Below are positions 40,101 through 52,500 of a DNA stretch of 64,000 nucleotides, in pieces (the first letter of the stretch is position 1; each line of letters opens with the position of its first letter). The stretch is from Takakia lepidozioides (Eukaryota > Plantae > Bryophyta), in assembly GCA_030704615.1 (NCBI GenBank), contig CM060733.1, positions 53,320,001-53,384,000 on the forward strand, in the 5' to 3' direction. The notes beneath the pieces are model-generated. The model did not search any database and was not told where the DNA came from. It saw nothing but the letters and a program-made list of their open reading frames with translations. A program made the translations under genes and the position numbers.

Positions 40101-41770
40101 GGAATAATGGAATGTGAGGTACCATACTTAGACCTTAGGATTTATCAGAACTTCACCCCAATGAAATATGGCATGGATGAATTGGCAGAGTGAACCTGGG
40201 CATGGAGCTTACCAGAACGGATGCTGGAGATGACGAGGCCCTTTTCAAGGTCTTTTGGCATCACAGTGATGCAATAGTGTGTTGTGCTTGGAAGGTATGT
40301 GGTTTTGTCCTTGAAAGAAACAGGTGTAACCTTTTCCTCGCCTGCATTGAGTTTGTTCACAAGCAACTGAAGTAGGATTAGTTCATCTTCTCAGCTCTTT
40401 GCTTCTCCAACGTTTTGTCGTCTCCTGAGAATCATGCATGTATCCAATTCTTGGGCAATTAAACAAGCCCATTCTGTGTTCTACAACTGCTGACCTTTAT
40501 TTCTGGCACCCAGTATTTTCAGAAGTCAACGAGTAATTGTGGGCTTCATTTGCTCAAGCAATTGTACAAACAGAAGGCTCACAACTGCCATCCATAAGGC
40601 TGTATAATATTTGTTTGTTATATTTCTGCTGTCATTCTGCATTTTGTGTTTAGACTTCTAAATAAAGGATATTTCTAACATCCAAGAGATGTCTGGAAGC
40701 TAATTCAAGTTTTCATGGGGGTGCTGGAAACAGGGAATGCCTGAGTTCACATTTGCAAATCGAGCTGGTCTTGATATGTTGGAGACAACATCAGGGGCTT
40801 TACAGGATTTGGCTTGGGAAAAAACATTGGATGAAAGTGGTCGGAAGACTGCCTATGCTGACTTCACACAGGTCTTACAACAGGTGCGCTGGAAGCAGAT
40901 AGACCCCAATTGATAACTTTTCCAGGTGTTGTAGCTTGTTTTGGCCAGTTCATAGGATGGAGTCTGATATTCTTGACCTGGTAATTTACTGCAACTGATC
41001 ATGACACAGTTCCTCCATGCCTTTTAACCTGGTTGACACGCCCAACTAGCATCTTTTGCTAGCAAGAAAGAAACAAGGAAAAGAAAGCTCAAAGAGCTAT
41101 GCGATAAGGACGAGAGAAAATAGAACAGAAAAGTTTCTTACAGACTTCATATTCTGGACTAAACTCTGAGTGTTACTGATATGTTGGCAAGTTTCGTTCA
41201 CCTGGAGCTACGGCAGGGTGCCGCTTTAGCTCTATGGATTTCATTGTTATTTTAATTTTTCAGTAAGCCAGGACCTGAATACCTCAGGCATGAACAGCTC
41301 ATGATCTCAGCACTAAGGCTCTTGGGCTGCATGGAGGATTACCACTTTGCACCCATACTTCCTGTGTGGAATCAGACATTCTTTTTGGCATACACATCTC
41401 TTGAACGTGTGATGTCATGTATGGATCCACTCTGTATATCTCTGGGTTAGTTGTTGTTACAGTAGCCATCAGCCCCAATTTGGTTTCCCATTATACGAGC
41501 AGATCGTCATGGCTCGCTCTTTCCTTGAATAGAAAGGGGTCTGGTTTGATTGTACATTGTAATGTGTTCATCAACTCTCTAGTGTTCTTATGTCCAATTG
41601 CTTACACTGCATGGGTGCAGGGATATGCATATCTTCCGGCCGGTGTGCGCATGTCAAGTTTGGGACGGCCAGCAGCGTATGAACGGGCACTTGGGTGGAA
41701 AGTGTTGGCTGACGATGACACCACCCAGTGCATTGCCTTCCTGTTCATGAATTGGTCCTTTCTAACATGA
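31145..41770 (+). CDS. C3HDZ: Class III homeodomain-leucine zipper transcription factor (HD-Zip-START-SAD-MEKHLA)
   Basis: 18 GT-AG exons: 31145-31320, 32479-32677, 33231-33334, 33959-34049, 34451-34546, 35024-35137, 35510-35593, 36064-36219, 36903-36977, 37135-37241, 37431-37629, 37935-38117, 38408-38485, 38876-39013, 39435-39766, 40189-40294, 40734-40883, 41621-41770. Motifs include GKYVRYTNEQVEALER...WFQNRRCREKQRKE, WIQLPGMKPGPD, MYAPTTLAPPRDFCTLRYT, SRTLDLASTLE and AFLFMNWSF. A few additional N-terminal residues from an upstream exon are possible. Confidence 0.97.
34039..34460 (+). promoter_or_regulatory. miR165/166 target site split by intron 4 of C3HDZ
   Basis: The spliced sequence CGGGTATGAAG|CCTGGTCCGG (34039-34049 + 34451-34460) is complementary to miR166 UCGGACCAGGCUUCAUUCCCC. 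Confidence 0.93.
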
Positions 41771-44700
41771 CATGCTCAAATCCGGCAACCGGCCTCCTGA
41801 TAATGCATGTGTTTCTCCTTGCAATCTGACGATTGCAATGTAAGTTACCCCAACATCACAGCCCAATTCCAGATTTGCAACGGGTCGTTCTTCAATGCAG
41901 TATGTACTGCTAGGGTACAGGAAGATTGCCTGCAGTCTTCTCAGCTGCATCTTTCAGCTTCTGGTCAACCTGTCTTCTTTGGGAAAGTTGATTATTTAGG
42001 ACAGTGCGTTGGTCTGGAGTTTGGCGTTTTGCATCTTCCCCCAGAGCTCTTTTAAAATAATTAGCTGAGCCAGTAGAATTAACGAAGGTTTCCTTTTTGC
42101 ATATCTGGGTTGGACCTACTCTCTGACGAACTGTTAGCCCAAGTTTCTGTGCATTCCGGGTTCCAATGGAGCACTGTAGTTACTGGCAGTAGTCGTGCTG
42201 CTGCTATCTTCTTTCTGGCATGGTTGTAGGACAGCCTGGCTTCAAACAAATCCTTCCCTCTGGAATATTCAGAGTTTGTAAAACTCGGCTCAGGGAGAGC
42301 ATGAGATGTGGGTGTGGTTGGATTCACGGGATCTAGACTTGAGATCTCGGGATCTCATTGATGTTGGACAAGGCAAAAGGTGATCTTCCAATAGATGGTC
42401 CAAAATTGGAGTCCTTGAGGTAGGAGAAGAAATTGTTCCCTTTTGTGCCACTGTGCTGGACTGAGGCCAGCACCCACATCAATCCAGCTGGAACCCTGTC
42501 TGCCTAGCTGATTATCTTCAGTAAGCCATGCCTTGGTTGCTGTAGGTCATTTCCACCTGTACTATTTCTTCCAGTGACAATGAGGCATTCGGTCAATTCT
42601 TGTATCCTCAAGGATAGTGGCCAGCTCCTCCCAAGAACCACTAAGGAAGACTCCATGGTTTAAATTGAAAATTTAACACAAATTTTCGTTGTAAGTGATG
42701 TGTTTGTTCAGCATTGTGCAGTTCTGCCCAGATGGTTGTTCTTTAGTGTGATTAAAGGTAAGCCTGTACCCTGGCTGCCTGATTCAGTCCCGGCGATGTA
42801 AAGAGTTCATCAATTTTGCCAAAACTCGAGATGTAGGTGGGATGTAGGTGTCATTTCATCTGTTGTCTGATTGGGAGGTTTACCCCCAGCAATCGCTGGA
42901 GCAATAGAAAAAGCGTTTGCAGCAACAGCCTCATGATCAGTGTCGATAACATCACACGGAGAAATTTCTTGAAGTTTGGATGCTTGCCAATTTTGCTACA
43001 TCAACTCTACAGTAGAGTGAAGGACATACAAGGAAAACCTTTACCCGTGTTAAGTACATGCCCTGGAAAGTACCCTCCAATCATGCCCAAGCTGCCATGG
43101 GCACGGCCGGTGAATCTGTCAAGCTGATGGTCCAGTGACCTTGTGTTGCAAGGCACTGTCGATGGCCTGATGTAATGCCCTTCTGATAAAGACCTGATTC
43201 GGATTTTCACCACTGCTTGTCATTATAATTCTGTGTGGGACGTGTCAATCGGCACATGCAAGAGTGTAAGAGTATATTTCGCTTGTACTTCTACTGGACC
43301 CCACAGCGCCTCGTATCCACCTCAGTAATCATTGGCCAAACTCTCGGGCCTCCTCTCTGTTTTCCCAATGTTAGCCAGGACGGTGAGGCAGTTGATTGAA
43401 GAACAACATATTTGTTGGGTTGTTATGAATGTCTGTTTGCATGAGTCTTCCTGCCCGAGTTTGAATGGCCCAAGAAAGATTGACAAATCTAAGCTTTGAA
43501 GCTGTCAAATGTGTTTTGTGCCCTCTTTGAGCTTTCCTTTACCGGCCGCGCACTTTTCGCTTTGCATGCAGAAGAACCTTCCCCAAGTCAGGCCTTGTTT
43601 CGCATTCACATATGTATGACTGCATTACAAGCACACATCCATCTCCATGATACTCCTTCAGCGATTCTCGCAAGGAAGATAGATGCCCACACTCAGGGGC
43701 ATACAAATGGTCAAATGTAACAACGGCACCAGAGCACAGGCAGCGGGTGGATGAGTTGGAAGAGATAAGGGGGGGGTGGAGACAGCTCCTGCTCCACGTG
43801 ATGTGCTCACAGTGCAGACGTGCAGACCGAGTGCCATGCTCGCTCTCGGGCTTCCATTGGAGCATGTGCCTGACGAGATCCATGGCTTTGTCCTGTGCTA
43901 CACTCCCCACCTCCCTCAGATCTTGTCTGGAAATGGAGGTGCGAGTTGCTAAACTATCGCACGCTATTTGGGTCCTGGACAGTTTCGGTTAGACCAATTC
44001 GCAGATCTTCCGCTGTTCTTTTGTATTGTGATCCAAATTGACGTGGATCTTTGCAGCCGTGTTGGTCTGTTCGATGCCTCACAATCACACAATCTCACCC
44101 AGGGTGGGCCACCCCATTTTGCGACCTGGTATGTGGGCCATTCCACCACTCCAGCAATCCCTCCGAAAAACAAACTCGGAGTAAGATGGGTCATGCAAAT
44201 TTCCTCACTCGCGAGAATGGAAAACAGCGAGATGGGCTGTGGCTATCATCACCACAGGAATTGTACCTCAAAATCTCGTGGAAAACTGAAGATGGGTTTT
44301 GTGGAGAGAATTGAACCGGGGATGAAGCCCTGTTATTAGTGAAGAAGATGACGTGCAGTGCACTTCACAGGTGTCTTTCCATATCCAGATCTGCAATTAG
44401 GAATACAAGCCCAGTCAGCCTGTGCAGATATTTGGGATCTTCTTTCGTAAGTTTCCCTCCGATGTTTCCCTTAGCACTACCATCCATGCCAGTCACTGCC
44501 TACTATCATTGTTTTTTTTTGTTGGCTCTCTTGTAGAGAGACTTTGCATCATGTTAAAGTCAAGGGAGAAAATGTGGTCAAAGGACCGTACACCGTGTCA
44601 AGGTTCTCATTGGTGTGTTGTGCTGAGTCATGCTCCCTAGTCTTACCTTTCTCTTATGTTTTTGCCAAAGCAAGAGAGCCCATTGCCGTTTGAGGCTTGT

Positions 44701-46407
44701 TTCTTTTTTGTAAATTTTAAAGAGGGGACAATGGCCCTCAAGAATCATTGTTGCAGTTTCATCATTGATTTGTCCTTGGAGAATGGTAGTGTTTTTCTTT
44801 TTGACCTGGTTCGATGAACCTACGGTGTGACAAACCCCATCTCAAATGGGAGCTTTACAGAGTTGTCGGAGGTCCACAAATAGACATCCATGGGCTAAGA
44901 GTAATGCAACCGACGGACTACACAATTGTCCTCCCATACGCCTTCAGGTGTCCGGACTCTTAGAGTGGCATAGAGGGTTTGCGTCCACCAAGCTAGAGTC
45001 ACGGCTACGTTGCTTATCATTGTGCAATGTTATGTTTTTCTTGTCTTGCTGGACACCTGGCCATTCTAAGATGGTTTGTAAAGCAAAGTTATTTGGCACT
45101 TTCCGTGCATCCATTGTTCCCACATGCTAGGTTTTCTACAACCCAACAAAGACGTTGGTCATTTCAATGGGTGTTCAATCGCAACATTCTCTCGGACGTA
45201 CCTCCAGTTGGAGGTCGCCAATCTCAACTTTGTCCATGCCTCCACAGTGTATATATATATAGCAGCAACTGAAGTTAGCAAGAGCCTCTTCCCATTGCAC
45301 TGTATCCACAGTATAGAGCCGTTGTATAAAGGAAGGCCACCAGTGGAGGGCGCTCCTTGAATTTTATGCCCAGTTACCACCCTCGGCCCTAGGGCCTAAA
45401 ATTGAAGGGGCGCCAGACACAAGGGGCCTTTCTCTGCGTAGAGAAATGGGATGATTTCTTTTTCCTTTCATCGAAATGTCGGAGGTGTGCATTACACAGA
45501 GTGTAATCGACACTGTGCGTTATACTTTTTTGTATTGCCCTCGTACCTGTGGCTGGCGAAACAATATTAACGAAGAGAAATCAGCCCCAGTTCTTTACTT
45601 GTGGTGCATCAGACAGGTCTCCATTGGATTTATGTGAAACATTAAGAAGAAAACAGCCGACAAAAGCAAGTTTGTGTAACATTCAACCATCTGTTGCTAA
45701 AATAGAAAGGCATGATTGCATGATGTAGCAGTGAAGCATGAGTCATAAGGCACAGAAGAAAAGAAAGAAAGTTGCAAGGCAGCCCAACTTATTTGCACTG
45801 AGTTACTGTAGCAGGGTTGAATGCATTGCAGATTCTATGGGGGTTCTTTGGCGGGCGGTCTGAATCTGGGGGGGAGGGTGGCCGGTTGCCAGTGACTAGG
45901 ATTCGGTTACAGCGCGATGAGGGATACATGGCATGCAATGGGATGGCATGGAGGCGTGCCAAGAGGGTGGAGACCTCTAGAGGCGCTGGCTCAGGGCCTG
46001 TGGGGATTGACCTCCCTTACAATCACCTCTTGTCTTGCTTAGGCTCATCTTGATGCAGGATCTGGGTTGGTACTGACGCTCAAGAATTGGGTGGGAAGTG
46101 AATTGTGAAGAAGAGTCTTGTTGTGATCAGATTGAGTGTGCTCAAGAAGCGGAGCATGTGACCGGATCACTGCAGATCAGGAGAAAATCCGTCGGATATC
46201 CGGTGTAGTGGAGGGGGATGCAAGTTTAGGCCAGGGAAATTCAGCTCGTCAGTTGGAGTCTTGGAAGCACGAGCTTCTGAGAGAGACACACAGATAGGCC
46301 TGTTGGATTGCGGGGGTGGGTGAGGGAGAGAGAGAGAGAGGGCAAGGCAAGCGATTGAGTGAGTAAGAGAAAGCAGAATCTATGCTGGAAGGCAAAGATT
46401 TACAGGT

Positions 46408-46709
46408 ATGGCAGAGGCGCTGAGGGCGGCCCTACGGCTGCTCCCCGTGGTGAAGCCCAATCCCAGTGGGGTTGCATGCTCAAGGGCGTCTGCAGTTAGG
46501 CGCAGTAACAACCGTGCTCCCGAGCAACAACAATCTGTGTTGTTTGCAGCATCTCCCTCGCATCAACAACAAGTTGCCGTTTGCGAAAGAAATTTGCAGT
46601 CTGCGACCGGGTTTGCTCGGTTTGCACGCGCTGTGTTGGCGTATGTGGGAGCAGGAATCTCTGCTGTCACCGCCAATCAGCTCGCAGGCCCAGCGATTGT
46701 GCACGCGAA
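46408..46709 (+). CDS. Putative first exon encoding a plastid/thylakoid transit-peptide-like sequence, possibly the 5' exon of the gene at 49527
   Basis: MAEALRAALRLLPVVKPNPSGVACSRASAVRRS... is R/S/A-rich and ends in a hydrophobic stretch plus VHA. It follows a GA-rich leader and ends at a phase-2 donor AA|GTATGT that is compatible with the phase-2 acceptor at 49492/49493. Confidence 0.5.
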
Positions 46710-49526
46710 GTATGTCGTCTCCTGTTTCTTGTCGTCTAATTCATTCTTGTAAGGCTTATGTTAGCAAGTAGCGATTACTGAGTCTTTGGCGATCGACCAT
46801 GACAGTGCTGTCACCCCAAATGGCCCGTACTGAAAATTTGCGTCATCTAGTTCTAAATGGCACCGCAGATTTGGCTCTACTTTAGATGAGACGGTATGCT
46901 TGCTTTTGTTTGTTGCATTGTAATGCGGTGTTGGCGAACTGAGATTGTATCTGAAATAGAATAGTATTTCTACGTGCCATGGATCCTTCATGAAATTCTT
47001 TCTGTATTCGTGGTGTCTTTTTTCCAAGACATCATTTCTTGAATGCTGAATTCGTTTCCGTCAACAATGTTGCATAATGAGGGCCCAATTCCTTCCAGTC
47101 TCTGTATCTTGTATGCTGTGTCCTGAGTAGCACTAGTGGTTCAAAATTGCACAGATATTTTCCCCTTCTCGATTTGGTCCAGTGGTCGTTGCTCGGTTCA
47201 GGTCTCTGACAATGCATTTTGGTGACTGGAACTTCTTCTTTGGAGTGCTTTTTTTTGGAATTTCCCTGTCCATACCCTCCCTAGGAATCGGATTTAAGAA
47301 GGCCCACGGCATCAGACAATATAACCATGTAGACCTTAGAAATTAGTACTTCAAAATGTATGAAATTACATTTGACACCAGATCCATGAGCAGAAGATTT
47401 TTTGTTGCTTCAGGGCATCAAACAAACATGACTATTCAAAGAGTTTTTGTGGTATCCAGGTGTGCAGTCGGTTGGGTCACCAAACTCTATCAGACTTGAT
47501 TTATCTTTTGTGCACAGCCAATCACATGGTGTCTAGCTTAGGTGTGTCTGCAGGTGATTAATGTTTACTTAAAAATTGCCAAGAATAATCTGTCTGCAAT
47601 GTAGCCAGGAAGGGACAGAGATGGAACACTCAGTTTGGGCTTTGATCCTATTCCACTATTTGTGTCATCAGTGACTGATGCTCACCCATAGCATCTCAAG
47701 AAGTTGTTGCTGTTTTTAGTCTCACACAGATAGTGGTGCTTGTGTAATTGATGGTCTGTTCACAGATGCCATCTGGTTTTATCTTTTGTGTGGCAATATT
47801 GATCTGACAAGGGTCATGCATCAAGAGCTGCAGGTGCATGTGTGATTCTTTATTGACTAGCCTGAATTCAGTTGAGACTACAATTAGAAAATTTACCAGG
47901 GTGAATTTTCACTCAAGCGCATCCAAAGATTATGCAGCAGGCCTTTCCCTGGCAGTTACCTTATGGAAGTACAGCAGTCATCCCAGGATATACCTAGTAT
48001 GCTTGATCTGGTCAAAAGACGGTAGCACTGACAAACATCTAGTGCTATGGATATGCACACCCCCGTGATCTCTTTTTGGACTGTAATGAACATGGATCTT
48101 TTCTGAGTCGGCTCACTAGATAGCCGTGCTAACAAATGTAGTCCATTGCATGAGATCCAGGGTTATTTACGTTCACTTTGCCTTGTACCAAATCTTAGCT
48201 TCATCCATGTTGTAAGGATTTTGCATCCTATTTAGATTTGGTTGAGGATAGAGGTTGTGGGTTTTCTTGCGGGAGATTGCATAGTTGGTATAACCTTAGG
48301 TCATGAAGTGTGGGGTTGAACTACCAATGGTAGTATGTAGTGTTTTGTTTGTTTATAAGTACTTCGCACTCGGAAAGTGCGACACATCAGCAAATGTGCT
48401 TAGCAGTCATTTGCCTGAAGGTGTACCAGTGGAATTCCTGTGATGAGTTACAGCCTTTAACACACAAAAAGGCGTCACTAGCATACAATATTTTGTGGAA
48501 TTTGGGTCTGCTTCTCAGTGCCTATGGAGTTCATGAAGGCTTTTAGATCGCCTAAATGTGCGTCTCCACAGGTCCATCCTGGAGGGAAAGTGGTCATACA
48601 TGTATAAGCAATTCCAGCAGAATGAAGGTGTTATTAGGACAATAGTATGAGTTCCAATGTTAGAGGGTCATAAAAAAATGAGACTGTCCAGCTTTGCTCT
48701 CATGGCCTGCACCAACATCCCCCATCCTCTTGTCCCTCCTGTTTTTCTGTGTTGGGTGCAGTATGATTTTTATGTTTCCAATTATGGCACCTACTGGAGT
48801 CGGTGCCCTAGCCCTGGGGTGAATTTCAATCCATGGGATACCTGTGGCTGTGACAGGGCTGTGGCAGTTCCACGCTGAGATTGCCACATCCTCAATGAGA
48901 ATCAATATCCCAGGAGTCTATGCCTGAAAGGGTATGAACTCATGTTTGACACAATCAGACATTATTTGCTCCCAAGCATAGTAAAGCAGTCATGGAGCTA
49001 TCTATACACTCCTCCCTTCCTCCCGCTCAATTCCTTTTACCTTATGTATTCCTTGTGCATTCCTTGCCTGATCTACTCCTGAAGCTTGAGGGGTATCTAT
49101 GGTGTTCCACATATGAAGTATACTTCTAAAAACCTACCAGTCAAAATTTGTAGCTGTAAAATCAGGTTTTCTGCCGTGACTGAAGACAAGCCGCACACCC
49201 ATCCCCTTTTTAGATCCCTCTCTCTTTCTCATTTTCTTCAGTCTCTCGCTTAGTGCACCGAGCTAACATCCTGTCCTGCAGGGGTTATAAATGGTGTGCT
49301 TGTGTTGGGCTGGTGAAATGCCTCTGGTCTTTAGGACCTGAGGAACCCGGGTTTGGGGCCAGGCAACTCCTCACTGCATTTTCTTTATGCTATTGAAGCC
49401 TTTGAGCCAAAGATGGCTCAACATTTAAGGAGCTCTATAATTTTGGTGCAGACTTTTGAGTGTTTGTTTACTAACTCTCATCCTTGTCGCAGGGAGCTCC
49501 CAAGCAGTGGGGGTGACAAGCACGCA

Positions 49527-52500
49527 ATGGCTGCAGCGGAGGCTCGTGCCGTTTGGCAGCGCACAGCTACAAACCGCCACTTAGTGCAAGAAGATACTGT
49601 TCGTGCCCCAAAACTGGCCCATTGCCCGACTTTGTCGAAGGCCCAAGCTGACATATGTCATCCTGGGGCGGTCAGGGGCGTTGAACACACACACTCGTTC
49701 TATTGGAGCAACAGCTGGGGCTCACTGGACAACAAGGCAGATTTGCAGTGGCAGCTGAGCCCAAGTGCCCACCGCGACTATCGCGCTGAGTATCTTGGAT
49801 TGGATGATATTCTTGGCTCCCGTTTGTGTAAGCCAGCAGGCTTACAGGCCCTTGCTGCGGAGCGAAGCAACATGAAGGGTGGCAGCCCAGGTCAGTTGTG
49901 TATTTAAACTGCAGCTCCCTTTAGGGAAAGAGAGCAGAGAGTCATTAAAGAAACTTTTAATACTGCTCGTGACTAACTCAGCTTTATGGTAACTAGGAGG
50001 CAGTTCATCTATGTTGTCTCTTCAGAAATTGATTCTGGAAACTGGGTTAACGAGATGCAGTGGCTTCCCTTTTGCCTGTGGTGCCATAGCGCCAACTCTC
50101 CCATTTTGAGGCAGCCACTGCTCTAGAATGTGTAGGAGGTGGGTTTGTAAAGAGAACCCTGTTGGTTCTACTTGCGGTTGGAATGTGCAAGTGGCCACCT
50201 CCTACACATTCTACAGGGAATGTCTCATGTTTTAGTCCTTCCGGATATTAAGACCTCTCCTAAGTTCATTGGTATCCATTCATGGTGATAGGTCCTCCAT
50301 CTCATCCTCAAGAGCGCAAGTAATCTACTAACACACTTGACATCTGCTGCCATAACATCCGAGGAGATGCTACACTACTGCAATCGTGCATGTGCACAAT
50401 GACTCAGCAAACGCTGCAATTGTCCTCAATGCAGTGTTGGAAAACCACTGGCGTGTGGTCGGGCTAGGGATTGAACCTAGGACCTCCACCGACGCCCATT
50501 TCTCGGTGGGTGCTCTACCACTGAGCCTACCCGTCCGTTCTGTTCTCAAAGTGCCGTGCAAGGGCCTATAACCTTGACACTCCAACACTCCCCCTCAAGG
50601 CATAGCCCTTATAGCTAATGCCCACCCATCTCTTACCACCCGCCCCAACCTTGGCTCTTGATACCATGTGGAAAACCACTGGCGTGTGGTCAGGCTAGGG
50701 ATTTGAACCTAGGACCTCCCCGCATTCCGGTGGGGTTGCTCTACCCGAGCTACCCGTCCGTTTCTGATCTCAAAGTGCCATGCAAGGGCTATAACCTTGA
50801 CACTCCAACATGCAGGACATGACATATGTAATGTTTTTTGAATGGCAGGCCATGGGGTGGTTGGTGTTTTCCACCAACAGTGTATCTGATGGGAGCCTCG
50901 TAGTCTTCCTGATACAGATCTGAAGTAGGTACATTCTGCTTGCTTTGTAAGAAAGTCTTATGACAAAATCTTTTGGTCCAGTTTCATGGGTGTTAGATCT
51001 GAGTATGCTACTGGTGCTGAGCTTGACCTCGAGTGGCAGTTGATTGTGGGCCCAAAGCCCAAATCAGGGCTCTCTTCCTCCTTCCAAGCTGCAGAAGCCA
51101 AAGAGAGAAATGAAGAAGAAAGTGCAAGTCCAGGTGATGAAGATAGTGAAACAGCAGTCCCCGTTGCAGATTATACAGGCAAGACTGTTACAATGACAGA
51201 ATTGAGGTTGATGAAAAAATTGAAAGGATCGAAAGATGTACTTTTGAATCCCAGTGCAGACGTTAGAGAATCTTGGATGACAGCGCATGGGGTTCAGCAA
51301 CAGGAAAGTATGGAGAAATGCCCGCAGATCAGTGAGAAGCCTGTGTATGGTGGGCGGTCCGTAGAAATATCTTTGGCGCCCAAAGACGTATCAGCAAAGT
51401 CATCACCCACAAAGAGTAGTGTTTCATGGCGTACAGCTAACAAGGAGGCATAGCGCTCTAAGTTGCACAGAAGGCAGCAGAACGGCTTGAGAATTTGTGA
51501 CCATCCCCCACACCGCAATCAAAGTCTGTGTTGAAGGCGCCCTTAGAGAGCTGTGATCTTAGGGAGGAGAATCATCTCGACCATTATCGATCGGTTGACC
51601 GGATCCTAATGGCCTCCATCTTTCAAGACGGTGAGCCCACACACCTGGAGAGCCTGGGTTTACCAGCTTCTCCCCTTATCTTTCCAAGATCAGATCCAAA
51701 TCCTCCACCATGCCATTTTCCAAGAGTCTCTCAGCCTCTCTCTATACCCACAACGCTTGAGTTGTCATATACCACTCGTCGGGGATGCCACTACATTTTC
51801 AGGTCATGCAACTACTTCAAAGGCCATCAACATGGTTCCCATTTTGGTTTTCATATGCATCTTTTTTATACATTTGGAGAGCAGGTTACATGCTCGGTGG
51901 AGGTCATCTTATCATCTACTGCCGTTGTAGTATCTGTCAGTATAATTCTCCATCTAAGACAGAAGTTTCAATATTCAAGCACCCATTGATAACCTTGTCA
52001 AGTTTTTCAGCCTAATGAGGCAGCAATCATAACCTGCAAGTTGCCAATGGATGCAGTCTTGTGTCCTGTGACAGTTGTCTGTACAATATTCATTTTCCTT
52101 TTACTCTGAAGTGGTAAACCTGTCATCCATGGACCGTTCCCCCTTTCCTTCCCCTGTAATGTTCCATTGTTCCAGAATCTACCCATCTGGAAGCGAATTT
52201 TATCGTGCAGAACCATCCCTCATTTGTCCATATTGTGACCCATGTGATGGTTGTCCCAGAGGTTCTATTCTGGACTTGGAACCGAAACTTTATAACCAGC
52301 ATAAGAGCCCTAATTGCAAATCCAGTAATTCTCTGCAACTTCTACCCCATGGACATCCCTTGATTTGAGAAACTGTGCAAAGCTTTCAGACCACTAATCA
52401 TAATAAAGGGATAGGCTTGCTGGCCTTCCCACCTCTTTTGACAAAATTCTAGCTGTGTTTTTTGTCTATCCCACTAGCATTAATTTTTTAGCCAGCTTGT

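Noticed and set aside
50456-50536. Functional tRNA gene
   Set aside because: The anticodon arm is non-canonical and the sequence sits in both LTRs of a TRIM.
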